A stretch of DNA of 64,000 nt from Daphnia carinata (taxonomy: Eukaryota), in NCBI RefSeq assembly GCF_022539665.2, contig NC_081331.1, forward strand, positions 12,772,001-12,836,000. The letters are read 5' to 3'. The notes under the pieces were generated by a model that saw only the letters and a program-made list of their open reading frames with translations, was not told where the DNA came from and did not search any database. Positions 36,725 to 47,259 of this stretch are shown piece after piece (position 1 is the first letter of the stretch; the number at the start of each line of letters is the position of its first letter). The translations under genes were made by a program, and so were the position numbers.

Positions 36725-38066
36725 ATGATGAAACTCGTGCTCACATTTACCTTGTTGGCTGCTGTCCACAGCTGTAAGTAACTATTTCTGATAGATAATA
36801 AAATAATAATAGTCTCAGTGATTTATTGGATGTAGAGTTATTTCTGCAATTGCATACCTAAAAGAATACCCTAATAAGACTACCCAAATTGTGTACTTTA
36901 GATTCGGTGGAAGTGTCTCCATTTGCTGGATTCACTGGGGATAACAACGAGCCATGCTACAGCACTCCTTCAAACGGCAAAGATGGCGGCATTTGCCTGC
37001 AAACTGTAAGATCATTAAGAAATTGTTGTTAGCGGCAGAAATCATACTTAAAAAAAACGAGGAACGCTTTTATGTTATACAATCTTTTTGTTTTCTGTAC
37101 AGGATTGCTGTGCTGGAGCGACCTACATTTCCAACTTGTGTCCCGATTATCAGACTAATGTGAAATGCTGCTATTCTTACAACTCCTGCAACTCAAATAG
37201 TACGTAAACCTCTGTATAATAATTATTTTTCTGTTTTCAGTTTCGTGCACAAAACTAGAAAAGGAAGTAATTATGTAATTTTATTTTAGCCGTGGCCTGT
37301 GCCTCGCAGAGCGTAGCCTGCGAAGTTTTGGGAATGCACGAGAAGGGCCAGATTAACTTGAAGGGAGAGCACTTTGACGCTAGTGGCAATAATCCATATG
37401 ATGGAGCAAGCGCCTTATCCAACATCCGCGATACTTGCTATGGCAAACACGCCAAGCTATCCAGGTGCGTTTTACAATAATTAACTTTAATAGAAACAAT
37501 AACCGCAGTTTCGTTTGCTTTTCATAGCTACGGAAATGCTCCAGGAGGTACTGTTTGTCTGACAACGAAAATGGTGACCAGCCTTCGTGATTATGCCCGT
37601 AACTACTACAACTCAAATGGAAGAGCTATTGAGGTACGTCATAGCCTTGTATCCTGATAGGAGGAGCATGTAGACGCCCTGTACATCCAGTATACGCATA
37701 TTTGGATATTGTGTTGTATATTTTAATATAGGTAAATGCTTTGGCTGGATCTAGCCATTCTGTCAACTCTTGGCATTACGAAGGAAACACGTTTGATGTT
37801 GGATGCACTTACCCAACGTAGGTGTTATTAAATTATGGTTTTGAGCAAAAATATTTATCTCAAATACGTTCCTGAACAACTGATAGAAACCATTGCTCCG
37901 CTCTGACTACATGGTGTCGGAACCAAAACCCCGTCGAAATATGCTATCCTGGAAGCTCATGCGGAGGTTAGTAGAAAAGTTAAACTGGTCTTTGATACCT
38001 CTACTAAATTGTTTCGTGGGTTTTTTTTCTCCAGGTCACGAAACTTGGGTCCACTGCGCCCATTAG
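36725..38066 (+). CDS. Secreted Cys-rich protein with a zinc D-Ala-D-Ala peptidase-like (M15 / Hedgehog-DD-peptidase fold) domain, 8 exons, ~240 aa
   Basis: Exons join in phase with no stops: signal peptide MMKLVLTFTLLAAVHS; Cys module PCYS..GGICLQTDCCAGATYISNLCPDYQTNVKCC; catalytic part DGASALSNIRDTCYGKHAKLSSYGNAPGGTVCL..VNALAGSSHSVNSWHYEGNTFDV (H-x6-D) ..GHETWVHCAH*. Confidence 0.8.
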
Positions 38067-38607
38067 TTGAAATCACATCGGCATCGGTTTGCCCAGAAGA
38101 ACATCAGCCAGTCTATTGCTATAGTAGAGTTATGTTTATCCATTCCGCAAACTGTACTTATCGACCGAAATATAATTATCCAAATCTAGTAGTATCCAAA
38201 TCTAACTAAAAAAAAAAGAGTGGGCTCTTGCAACACTTTTTTCAATTTTCAATTCAAATAACTCGAAAACTATAGGTCCCACATCAAAACAAAGTAATTT
38301 TTCGTAATTCTCGTTCGATTTAGAATCGGAATCATGCATTTTTAACCACATCTAGATTTTTGTCAAAAATGAAAAAGTGGAAAGGCTATAAGCCTATGGC
38401 ATATGGCAATCCGTTTTACACAAAAAAAAAAAAAAATCACACTTTTTTCTCTTTTTTCTACCCGTAGCCATCTACCAGTCGGTTTCGTTATTACAGGCAT
38501 GTAAGCAATTTGAGTTAATTGTATCCCATTAGCAGTTAATTGAGTAGCGTGGCTGGAGAAAACGCGTGGCTGGAGAAAAACTCGTGGCTGGAGGAACAAT
38601 TGAAAAA

Positions 38608-40130
38608 TGGATAAGATAATACAACAAAAGGATGGTAAGTATAAAGATTATTATATTGGTTTTCAATTATTAATTATTGTTTATTAGATCAAATTATGAA
38701 GCTGCAGGCCCAATTATTGGAACAACACAAAATATTAGATAACAGCAATGCTAAGGATGGTAAGGCCTAATACGTAATGATTCTATTTATTTGCTTTTAT
38801 TCATTTGTGTTTTGTAGCTCAAATTTTGAGTCTACAAGCTCAGCTAGGGGAAAAGAACAAATTGGAATGGAACAGTTTCCAAACAGTGAAGGAGGTTTTT
38901 CCAAACTCATCCCTAACTGAACATGAGGATGAATTGGCATTAGGTGAACACAGTCAGGTACCTAAACTTTTCAAATAAGAATTCAAAGTAAGTATAGAAT
39001 TTTAACAAACAATTATTTATTGTTTAGTTATTCAGTCTACCACCTGACAGTGTGTTAAAGTTAAATTCTGTTAGTGCTGCACTAAAAGAATTGTTAGTAA
39101 TAAGTCCATGCAGCGAAGGAAGTGAACAATTGTGGGACCGTATATGGGCTGAAAATGAGTGTGGTACGGAAACCCAGAAATAGCACGAGTTCAACATACA
39201 ACATGAATTAGGTACTTTCCGGTTTTTTGTCTATCGAAAAAGTATTTTTAATGCTATTATTTTGCATTCACAGAATTTTAGTGGGGGATCAAGTCAAGTC
39301 TGGAAGTGTTACAGGATGGAAGAGTGAGCCTACAGTTGAAAAACACTGAAAGTGCATTACCATTAAGGTATGAGGTAAAGTAATAGAGTATGCAAATTGT
39401 CTAATGAGAAGTACCATCTTGTGTGAATGAATCCTGTGTAACAACAATCCTTTATAGTTCTGTCATAGCTAGAAGCCTCAAATAATTCTGCTTCTCTTGC
39501 TAAAGAACAACTTGTCCTTTACGTTCAGAGTGTTGGTGAAGCTGGATACTTAAATGGCCCTAAAGATGTTTCGTTTCGTTGGCGTTGCAGCGATGAACAT
39601 CATACATGGACTTTTTAGGTATGAAAGGAATTTTCTTGAAAATTTTTTGAATTTATGACAAAGCATTTCTTCTGCTTTTTGCCAACCATGTCTAATCTAA
39701 AAAAAAAATTTATCCAATAGGAAAGGATTTTCAGCATACTGGGAACACAACTATCAACAATGCAACATTCTAGGGGTGCTATTTTATCATTCAAGAGCCT
39801 TATACAATGATTTTCATCTGCAATTTGTATGGCCTTTCCCAAGCTTCTGCCAGAAGTTGAATCTATAAGTCATGTAAGTCACATGAGCAACAATTGAGAT
39901 GTTTAATGGTGTTGTTTTTCTTTTCTCAGCATAGGTTAATAGTAACATTGGATCTGAAAAGATTCTTGGTTGGGGCAAGACACTGAATAAATTGTATTGA
40001 TTCGATGGATGACATGACATTTCTATACTTAATTCGGATTCCCCAGACGGTATTTGATATTAAAAAAATTGAAGTGCATATCTGGGCTCCCTTCCTTTTC
40101 GTAGCCCCGTTTCCCCTTGACTCGTAATAA
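38608..40130 (+). pseudogene. Decayed multi-exon gene of unknown family in the left arm
   Basis: ATG and regular GT-AG introns give MDKIIQQKD|DQIMKLQAQLLEQHK..|AQILSLQAQLGEKNKLEW..|LFSLPPDSVL..; in-frame stops at ~39181, ~39278 and ~39466. Confidence 0.6.
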
Positions 40131-40748
40131 GCCCGTAGGGGGTCATGCCCCTACTGTACGGTATATATAAAAACAACATATACCGAGGTTTGGAGGGCTC
40201 TGGCCGGAAAGGGGACGTGGATGTCCGCTTAGTCCGATGATGTGTTCACGGAGGGCTCTGTGGCTGCCCACAAATCCGAACTAAAGGTTAATCGCTCCTG
40301 TAAAAATGTTCCAAATCTTCAGCTCTTCTTCCGGCTTCTCTTAGCCAATCACCGGGTAATCTCCCCGGTGGGTCAACAAGGCAGTGTCTCCCCCTGCCTG
40401 GGTTGACGGCAACTTTTGAAAGGGTTATTGTGCCCTTTTAAAGTTGCAAAAATAATTGTATGTGCAGAGAATTGTCAATAAAATTTTTTTTATAAAATAT
40501 TTTTTGCAAAATTTGTTTCTTTCATTGTCTGTGTTAGCTGTGTTCACACATTACATTTATCAAGTTTTTTTTTGCTTTGCTTTAATTGTTTTTGTCACCT
40601 TTGACGGTAAGCATTGTTTCCATTGGTTTATCATTTATTCTGTAAGTATTCAATTATTATTTATTACACTCTTGAATTCTTCAACTTAGATTCAAGGAAC
40701 AACCTGTAATATCTGGATATTTTTTGAAGTAGTTTTGTATTTTGTTTT

Positions 40749-40817
40749 ACTCGTATGGGAACCGATCCCCATACATTCAGCGTGCAACGCCGATGCTCTA
40801 ACATTGAGCCACGAGAT
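40749..40817 (-). ncRNA. tRNA-like unit (Ala-type TGC loop); pseudo-tRNA or SINE-head-like
   Basis: Minus strand CTCGTGGCTCAATGTTAGAGCATCGGC-GTTGCAC-GCTGAATGTATGGGGATCGGTTCCCATACGAG: D stem GCTC/GAGC, anticodon stem, T-like stem GTATGGG/CCCATAC; B-box degenerate. Confidence 0.6.
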
Positions 40818-40914
40818 ATATCTAAATATTTTATTATCGCATATCATATGTTACCGTCTAGGATGTTATGCAGTCTTTCACAACTATATGTTTATCTTTC
40901 TATTGCTTCCATAA

Positions 40915-40983
40915 GGTTCATAGCTGTGTGGTAGGACTTTTAACTGCGATAACTGATACCCTGGGTTCAAACCTCAGTAGATG
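40915..40983 (+). ncRNA. Degenerate tRNA-like unit (A-box and B-box only)
   Basis: TAGCTGTGTGGT ... CTGGGTTCAAACCTCAG at tRNA-like spacing; anticodon arm poorly paired. Confidence 0.4.
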
Positions 40984-41101
40984 TGTAAAAATGAAGTAGA
41001 ATAAATGTAGAAGAGTATATTGCAGAATTGCATTTCAGTTTTATTCTAAGTGTAAATGCAAGTCCACAAGTGACTAGAAAAAAGCCAACTTGATATTATA
41101 T

Positions 41102-41169
41102 GACTCATGGCTCATTGGTAGAGCATCGGCGCGGTATGCCGAACACCCAGGGTTCGATCCCTGGGTAAT
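41102..41169 (+). ncRNA. tRNA-like unit (GGT loop); pseudo-tRNA with intact Pol III A and B boxes
   Basis: TGGCTCATTGGTAGAGC (A-box/D arm), TCGGC-GCGGTAT-GCCGA (perfect 5-bp stem, 7-nt loop), CCCAGGGTTCGATCCCTGGG (B-box/T arm). The acceptor stem does not pair. Confidence 0.7.
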
Positions 41170-41694
41170 AATTGAATGCTAACAGATAAACGATAAACCA
41201 ATGGAAACAATGCTTACCGTCAAAGGTGACAAAAACAATTAAAGCAAAGCAAAAAAAAAACTTGATAAATGTAATGTGTGAACACAGCTAACACAGACAA
41301 TGAAAGAAACAAATTTTGCAAAAAATATTTTATAAAAAAAATTTTATTGACAATTCTCTGCACATACAATTATTTTTGCAACTTTAAAAAGGCACAATAA
41401 CCCTTTCAAAAGTTGCCGTCAACCCAGGCAGGGGGAGACACTGCCTTGTTGACCCACCGGGGAGATTACCCGGTGATTGGCTAAGAGAAGCCGGAAGAAG
41501 AGCTGAAGATTTGGAACATTTTTACAGGAGCGATTAACCTTTAGTTCGGATTTGTGGGTAGCCACAGAGCCCTCCGTGAACACATCATCGGACTAAGCGG
41601 ACATCCACGTCCCCTTTCCGGCCAGAGCCCTCCAAACCTCGGTATATGTTGTTTTTATATATACCGTACAGTAGGGGCATGACCCCCTACGGGC

Positions 41695-43217
41695 TTATTA
41701 CGAGTCAAGGGGAAACGGGGCTACGGAAAGGAAGGGAGCCCAGATATGCACTTCAATTTTTTAAATATCAAATACCGTCTGGGGAATCCGAATTAAGTAT
41801 AGAAATGTCATGTCATCCATCGAATCAATACAATTTATTCAGTGTCTTGCCCCAACCAAGAATCTTTTCAGATCCAATGTTACTATTAACCTATGCTGAG
41901 AAAAGAAAAACAACACCATTAAGCATCTCAATTGTTGCTCATGTGACTTACATGACTTATAGATTCAACTTCTGGCAGAAGCTTGGGAAAGGCCATACAA
42001 ATTGCAGATGAAAATCATTGTATAAGGCTCTTGAATGATAAAATAGCACCCCTAGAATGTTGCATTGTTGATAGTTGTGTTCCCAGTACATGAAAATCCT
42101 TTCCTATATGATAAAATTTTTTTTGGTAGATTAGACATGGTTGGCAAAAAGGAGGAGAAATGCTTTGTCATAAATTCAAAATTATTTGAAGAAAAATCCT
42201 TTCATACCTAAAAAGTCCATGTATGATGTTCATCGCTGCAATGCCAACGAAATGAAACATCTTTAGGGCCATTTAAGTACCCAGCTTCACCAACACTCTG
42301 AACGTAAAAGACAAGTTGTTCTTTAGCCAGAGAAGCAGAATTATTGGAGGCTTCTAGCTGTGACAGAACTATAAAGGATTGCTGTTACACAGGATTCATT
42401 CACACAAGATGGTACTTCTCATTAGAGAATTTGCATACTCTATTACTTTACCTCATACCTTAATGGTAATGCACTTTCAGTGTTTTTCAACTGTAGGCTC
42501 ACTCTTCCATCCTGTAACACTTCCAGACTTGACTTGATCCCCCATTAAAATTCTGTGAATGCAAAATAATAGCATTAAAAATACTTTTTCGATTGACAAA
42601 AAACCGAAAAGTACCTAATTCATGTTTTATGTTGAACTCATGCTATTTCTGGGTTTCCGTACCACACCCATTTTCGGCCCAAATACAGTCTCACAATTGT
42701 TCAATTCCTTTGCTGCATGGACTTATTACTAATAAGTCTGTTAGTGCAGTACTAACAGAATTTAAATTTAACACACTGTCAGGTGGTAGACTGAATAACT
42801 AAACAATAAATAATTGTTTGTTAAAATTCTATACTTATTTTGAATTCTTATTTGAAAAGTTTAGGTACCTGACTGTGTTCGCCTAATGCCAATTCATCCT
42901 CACGTTCAGTTAAGGATGAGTTTTGAAAAACCTCCTTCACTGTTTGGAAACTGTTCCATTCCAATTTGTTCTTTTCCCCTAGCTGAGCTTGTAGACTCAA
43001 AATTTGAGCTACAAAACACGAATGAATAAAAGCAAATAAATAGAATCATTACGTATTAGGCCTACCATCCTTAGCTTTGTTGTTATCTAATATTTTGTGT
43101 TGTTCCAATAACTGGGCCTGCAGCTTCATAATTTGATCTAATAAACAATAATTAATAATTGAAAACCAATATAATAATGTTTATACTTACCATTTTTTTG
43201 TTTTATTATCTTATCCA
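41695..43217 (-). pseudogene. Inverted copy of the same decayed gene in the right arm
   Basis: Reverse complement of the left-arm copy. Shares some stops, has its own TGG>TGA (~42691), and has CAG where the left copy has TAG. Confidence 0.6.
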
Positions 43218-43886
43218 TTTTTCAGTTGTTCCTCCAGCCACGCTACTCAATTAACTGCTAATGGAATACAATTAACTGAAATTGCTTACATGCCTGTAAT
43301 AACGAAACCGACTGATAGATGGCTACGGGTAGAAAAAAGAGAAAAAAGTACGATTTTTTTTTTCCCGCCATTTTTTTTTTTTTTTATGTAAAACGGATTG
43401 CCATAGATTGCCATAAAAATCTAATTCGTTTTATCGTCAAATCACCACTTATTGTAATATTCAGAATAATTGTCAGTGGCACTCCAGCGCATTTTTTAAA
43501 CGTTATTTCAAAAAGCTCAGAAAAACAAAAACCATATTCGTCGTTAAATTTAGAATGTAAATCGTGTATTTATATATGGCAATCCGTTTTACCCAAAATA
43601 AAAATATAAAATATGGGCCTTTTTTTCTGTTTTACTGCTATCACCATCTAACGGTCACGTTTCTAGTTAATTCTCTACATACACTGACCGAAAAAAATTT
43701 TAAGCCCGACTAAATAAACCCGACTAAATAAGCCCGACTTTCTGTTTTTTACGGTTAATTAAAAAATTAGAAGCCTGATATAAAAATAAACCCCATTTTC
43801 GTGATCAGCGATCAATTTCGAATCGGAATAAAGTATTTTTTAATGAAATCTAGGATTTGAAGAAAATTGGAAAAGTAAGAAGGCTA

Positions 43887-44248
43887 TATAGCCTTCTCAC
43901 TTTTCCATTGTTGGCAAAATTTTAGATTTCGCTTTAAATACATGGTTTCGATGCAGAATTGAACAAGCATCACGAATATGAGAGTTGTTTTCTCGTGGGA
44001 CTCATAGTTTTTGAATAAAACGTAAAAAACGGTGAAGTTGGGTCTAAAAAAATAAGCCCGACTTTATCTTTAAATGACGATTATTTCAAAAACGGCTTAC
44101 ATGACAAAAAAAACAAATGGCTTTTTCCGAATCAGCGTTAAAATTGGGTTATACGGTGGGATTTTCTTCGCATTCCGAGAGATTTCGATTTTTTCCGATT
44201 TTGACAAAAGTGGGAAGGCTAAGGCGTGGTTAGGGTGGGAAGGCTATA
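43887..44248. mobile_element. MITE-like unit with TAGCCTTC(T/C)CACTTTT terminal inverted repeats
   Basis: TATAGCCTTCTCACTTTT at the left and AAAAGTGGGAAGGCTA(...GTGGGAAGGCTATA) at the right. Related ends at ~38373-38389 and ~43869-43888. Confidence 0.55.
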
Positions 44249-44249
44249 T

Positions 44250-44498
44250 GGAACATTTTTACAGGAGCGATTAGCCTTTAGTTCGGATTTGTGGGTAGCG
44301 ACACAGCCCTCCGTGAGCACATCATCGGACCACGAGGACCCCCACGTCCCCTTTCCGGCCAGAGCCCTCCAAACGTCGGTATATGTTTTTTTAAAATATA
44401 CCGTACAGTAGGGGCATGACCCCCTACGGGCTTATTATGAGTCAAGGGGAAACGGGGCTACGGAAAGGAAGGGAGCCCAGATATGCACTTCAATTTTT
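44250..44498 (-). repeat. Third copy of a ~245-bp GC-rich module (also at ~40065-40313 and ~41512-41760)
   Basis: GGAACATTTTTACAGGAGCGATTA...GTAGGGGCATGACCCCCTACGGG...CAGATATGCACTTCAATTTTT is shared by all three positions. Confidence 0.9.
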
Positions 44499-44499
44499 A

Positions 44500-45735
44500 A
44501 ATAATTAATACCATAATACGCGGGAATACACAGGCGACTGATGGAGAGAAATTCAATTCCGTACTTCAAATTATTATAACTTTTCGTCATCACATCCCAA
44601 CCAGAAACCTTCGCAGGTTCACTATTGCTATTAATCTAAATTAAGAAAATAAAACATAGATAAGCATAAAACATTCTTATTGATATAGCTTACATGGTAC
44701 ATAAATTCATCATCTGCCATATTCCTGTAGATTCCTTGCAGCAGCTTCTAAAAGGCCATGCAGTTGCAAATGATCACCATGGCCAAAACTTGAATACGAA
44801 AGTTTGGAAGAATTCTTCGTGTTGGCCACAGAGATCTTCCATGGGCTTTCCGATTGGACGTTCCATGCACCATAAAAAAACAGAAAGGTTATAAAGTTGG
44901 TTGTTTTGATCACTAAACGTTAAGGTAAACAATGTACCTGGTCTCAGCAGTCTTGACAACAATTTCCATTATAACCTCATATCACCTCACTTTATGGAAA
45001 AAGAATTTGGTAGGCATCAGTTCAGAATAAAAATTGTTGCATTCAAATCTTTTGACAGGTGGGATTTAGGAATGTCGCCTTAGGGAGTGTAAACCACGAT
45101 ATTCAAAACCATTAAATGCTGTTAGCCATTGAAAGATTGCTGGCTGACATAGGCATTCATTTGGGACATGACTAATGAGGTGCTTCATGGATAAAGCTCT
45201 ATTTTTTTTAGTCATCTCCATGATGACATGAATTTCAGCATGTTCTACACATGTATCAGCTTTTAGCAATATATCAATTTAAACAATTAAAATAGTACCA
45301 CCTTTTAATGTTTTTGACTCCATGATTCGTATTTGTTGCAATTGGGAAGGCAAGGCAACTGATCTATGGTGATTTATTCAACACACTTGCCGTAACCATT
45401 GTCCCAATGTATCAGCTTTTCTGTCAACAGTAGTTTGCTAATACGACATTGACGATTAAAATTAGAGAACTAAACAAATTCAGACGAAAAGCATTACCAG
45501 GGGGTAACATCTTGCATGTTGCCGAAGAATCCTAGGCTTATCATGTACATGGCAGAAGATCCACATTGCCTGGATGGCGCAATCCTTTGCGTAATCACAC
45601 AAATAATAAGTAAAACATATTGAATTGAAACCAAAATTAGCTGAAGTTTTACCAAACAGCCAGCTAGCACCTCTGAATTCCAAAACTACGCCTACACATT
45701 TGTATAAAGCTTTTCCAGCATGTCTCACCTTTGGC
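44500..45735 (-). pseudogene. Decayed multi-exon gene, distant paralogue of the palindrome-arm gene
   Basis: GT-AG bounded exon-like blocks with stops. Late exon INSNSEPAKVSGWD resembles VNSNIGSEKILGWG of the arm gene and is followed by the same 245-bp module. Confidence 0.45.
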
Positions 45736-46009
45736 ATTTGTTTGCTTTTTGCTGGCATTTGTTTCGGTTGCTGTCACCATCTACCGACCGGTAGATGGCG
45801 ATAGCAGTGAAACAGAAAAAAAGGCCGATATTTTTTTTTGGGGGGGGGTAAAACGGATTGCCATATTTTTTCAAATATTCGGTGTATTTAAAAAACGATT
45901 GACTTAATGAAAAAAATAGCAATTTTCCCGGAATCAGCATTAAATTTTGAATACATCCTGTGATATTCAACCAATTCTGATGGGTGTCAGTTTTTGCGGA
46001 AAAAGTTTT

Positions 46010-46150
46010 TAAGTCCGACTGATAAATAAGCCCGACTTTCTGCTGCATCGCACTAGCGCTGTAGCGTACTGGCGCGCTAGCATTGCGTCAAATATTCGGG
46101 TTTCAAAAATAAGCCCGACAAAATAAGCCAGACAAAATAAGCCCAACTTT
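46010..46150 (+). repeat. Clustered AAATAAGCCCGAC(T/A) motifs (also at 43700-43740 and 44050-44065)
   Basis: Multiple copies of an ~13-bp motif near element ends, typical of subterminal transposase-binding repeats. Confidence 0.7.
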
Positions 46151-47259
46151 TTCGTTAAAACAAATATTTTTTCTAAAAGCCTAGATATAATAATTTAAAT
46201 ACATGGTTAACATTCCAAATTGAACGGAAGGAAATGATGTGCACGTTACCATGAAGGAAAAAACGTGACGATACATGAACGAAACCCGTTGCCATATCTA
46301 AACGTAATCCCTATCTGTAAATTGAAAATATTCATTTTTCTTAGAAGTCGCACTGCGAATTTCCAGATCTTGTAAAAAAAAAAATTAGTTTCCAGTGCTT
46401 TATGACCATAGCTCAGACGAGTACTTTTGAAAACAACGTTTTCAGCATCTTCTATTGGATAGTTTAAGACTATGTTAGTAGAATCCTTCCGTCAGCTGTG
46501 TTTCTTTCTGAAAAAAAAAAAAATAAGCAAATAAATAAACCTTTTCATAAAGCAGGTGGAACAAATAAAAACGATGCACAACTTTGTTTGACATAAACTG
46601 ATAACATATCAGATTAGTGGATATATTATTTTACAAATGTCACAAAGTTGGTGGATATATTAGATTATGATTAGCTGCGAAAAAAATGATAATAATAATA
46701 GGGAAAATAGAGGGACACGCAGGTTGTAGAATGGGCGAAGGAACGGAGACAACGGCAACAACGTCAATTCCAGAACTAAACAATGTTGATACAAAGGATT
46801 ACGCCGAGTCTGTGTCGGAGACGCCAAACACCCAAAATGACAACGTAGGCTGATCACAGACTAATACGTGCACAAAAAGGGAAAAAAAAACCCACGTATG
46901 TAACTGAGAAAGATGGAGAAATAATATGTACGTCAAAATACGGACAAAAATATGTTACGTAAACGCTTGACTGAAACTGGAGGGATCTGCTGAATCGACT
47001 GGAATCTTTACGGAGCTGTCCAAAGACTCTTCTCCCCTTTCGCGTTTTATAAAATGCTTACCTAGAAGAGCGGGTCGATTCGACTCGCGACGCACAATGG
47101 AATTGTGATGAGCAATGTTTTTCTCCCTATATTACTTGTAGAATCCATCATCTTTGGCCATCTGCTGGAACGCCTTTCGTTATTGCATCTTCAGATACAA
47201 CACACATCTTGGGAAACTTAAACAAACGAACTCGAGGAACCTGCCCACCTGCTGTAATC

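Larger units (their letters stand above)
38401..43405. mobile_element. ~5-kb foldback/palindromic element: arms ~38401-40659 and ~41166-43405, spacer ~500 bp
   Basis: The arms are reverse complements along their whole length, and the ORF track shows the same peptide at 39814-40020(-) and 41646-42011(+). Outer ends TATGGCAATCCGTTTTAC / GTAAAACGGATTGCCATA. No transposase recognised. Confidence 0.85.
43575..45866. mobile_element. Second element with the same terminal inverted motif, carrying a nested MITE and a diverged pseudogene
   Basis: ATATGGCAATCCGTTTTACCC at ~43575 and GGGTAAAACGGATTGCCATAT at ~45846-45866. The inverted similarity continues ~70 bp inward (TTCTGTTTTACTGCTATCACCATCTA vs TAGATGGCGATAGCAGTGAAACAGAA). 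Confidence 0.65.

Noticed and set aside
40200..40300. Possible hammerhead ribozyme in the 245-bp module
   Set aside because: No CTGANGA...GAAA core with proper stems found on either strand by eye.
40749..41169. Calling the spacer units functional tRNA-Ala/tRNA-Thr genes
   Set aside because: Acceptor stems are weak or unpaired, one unit lacks U33, and one has a degenerate T-loop, so they are reported as tRNA-like only.
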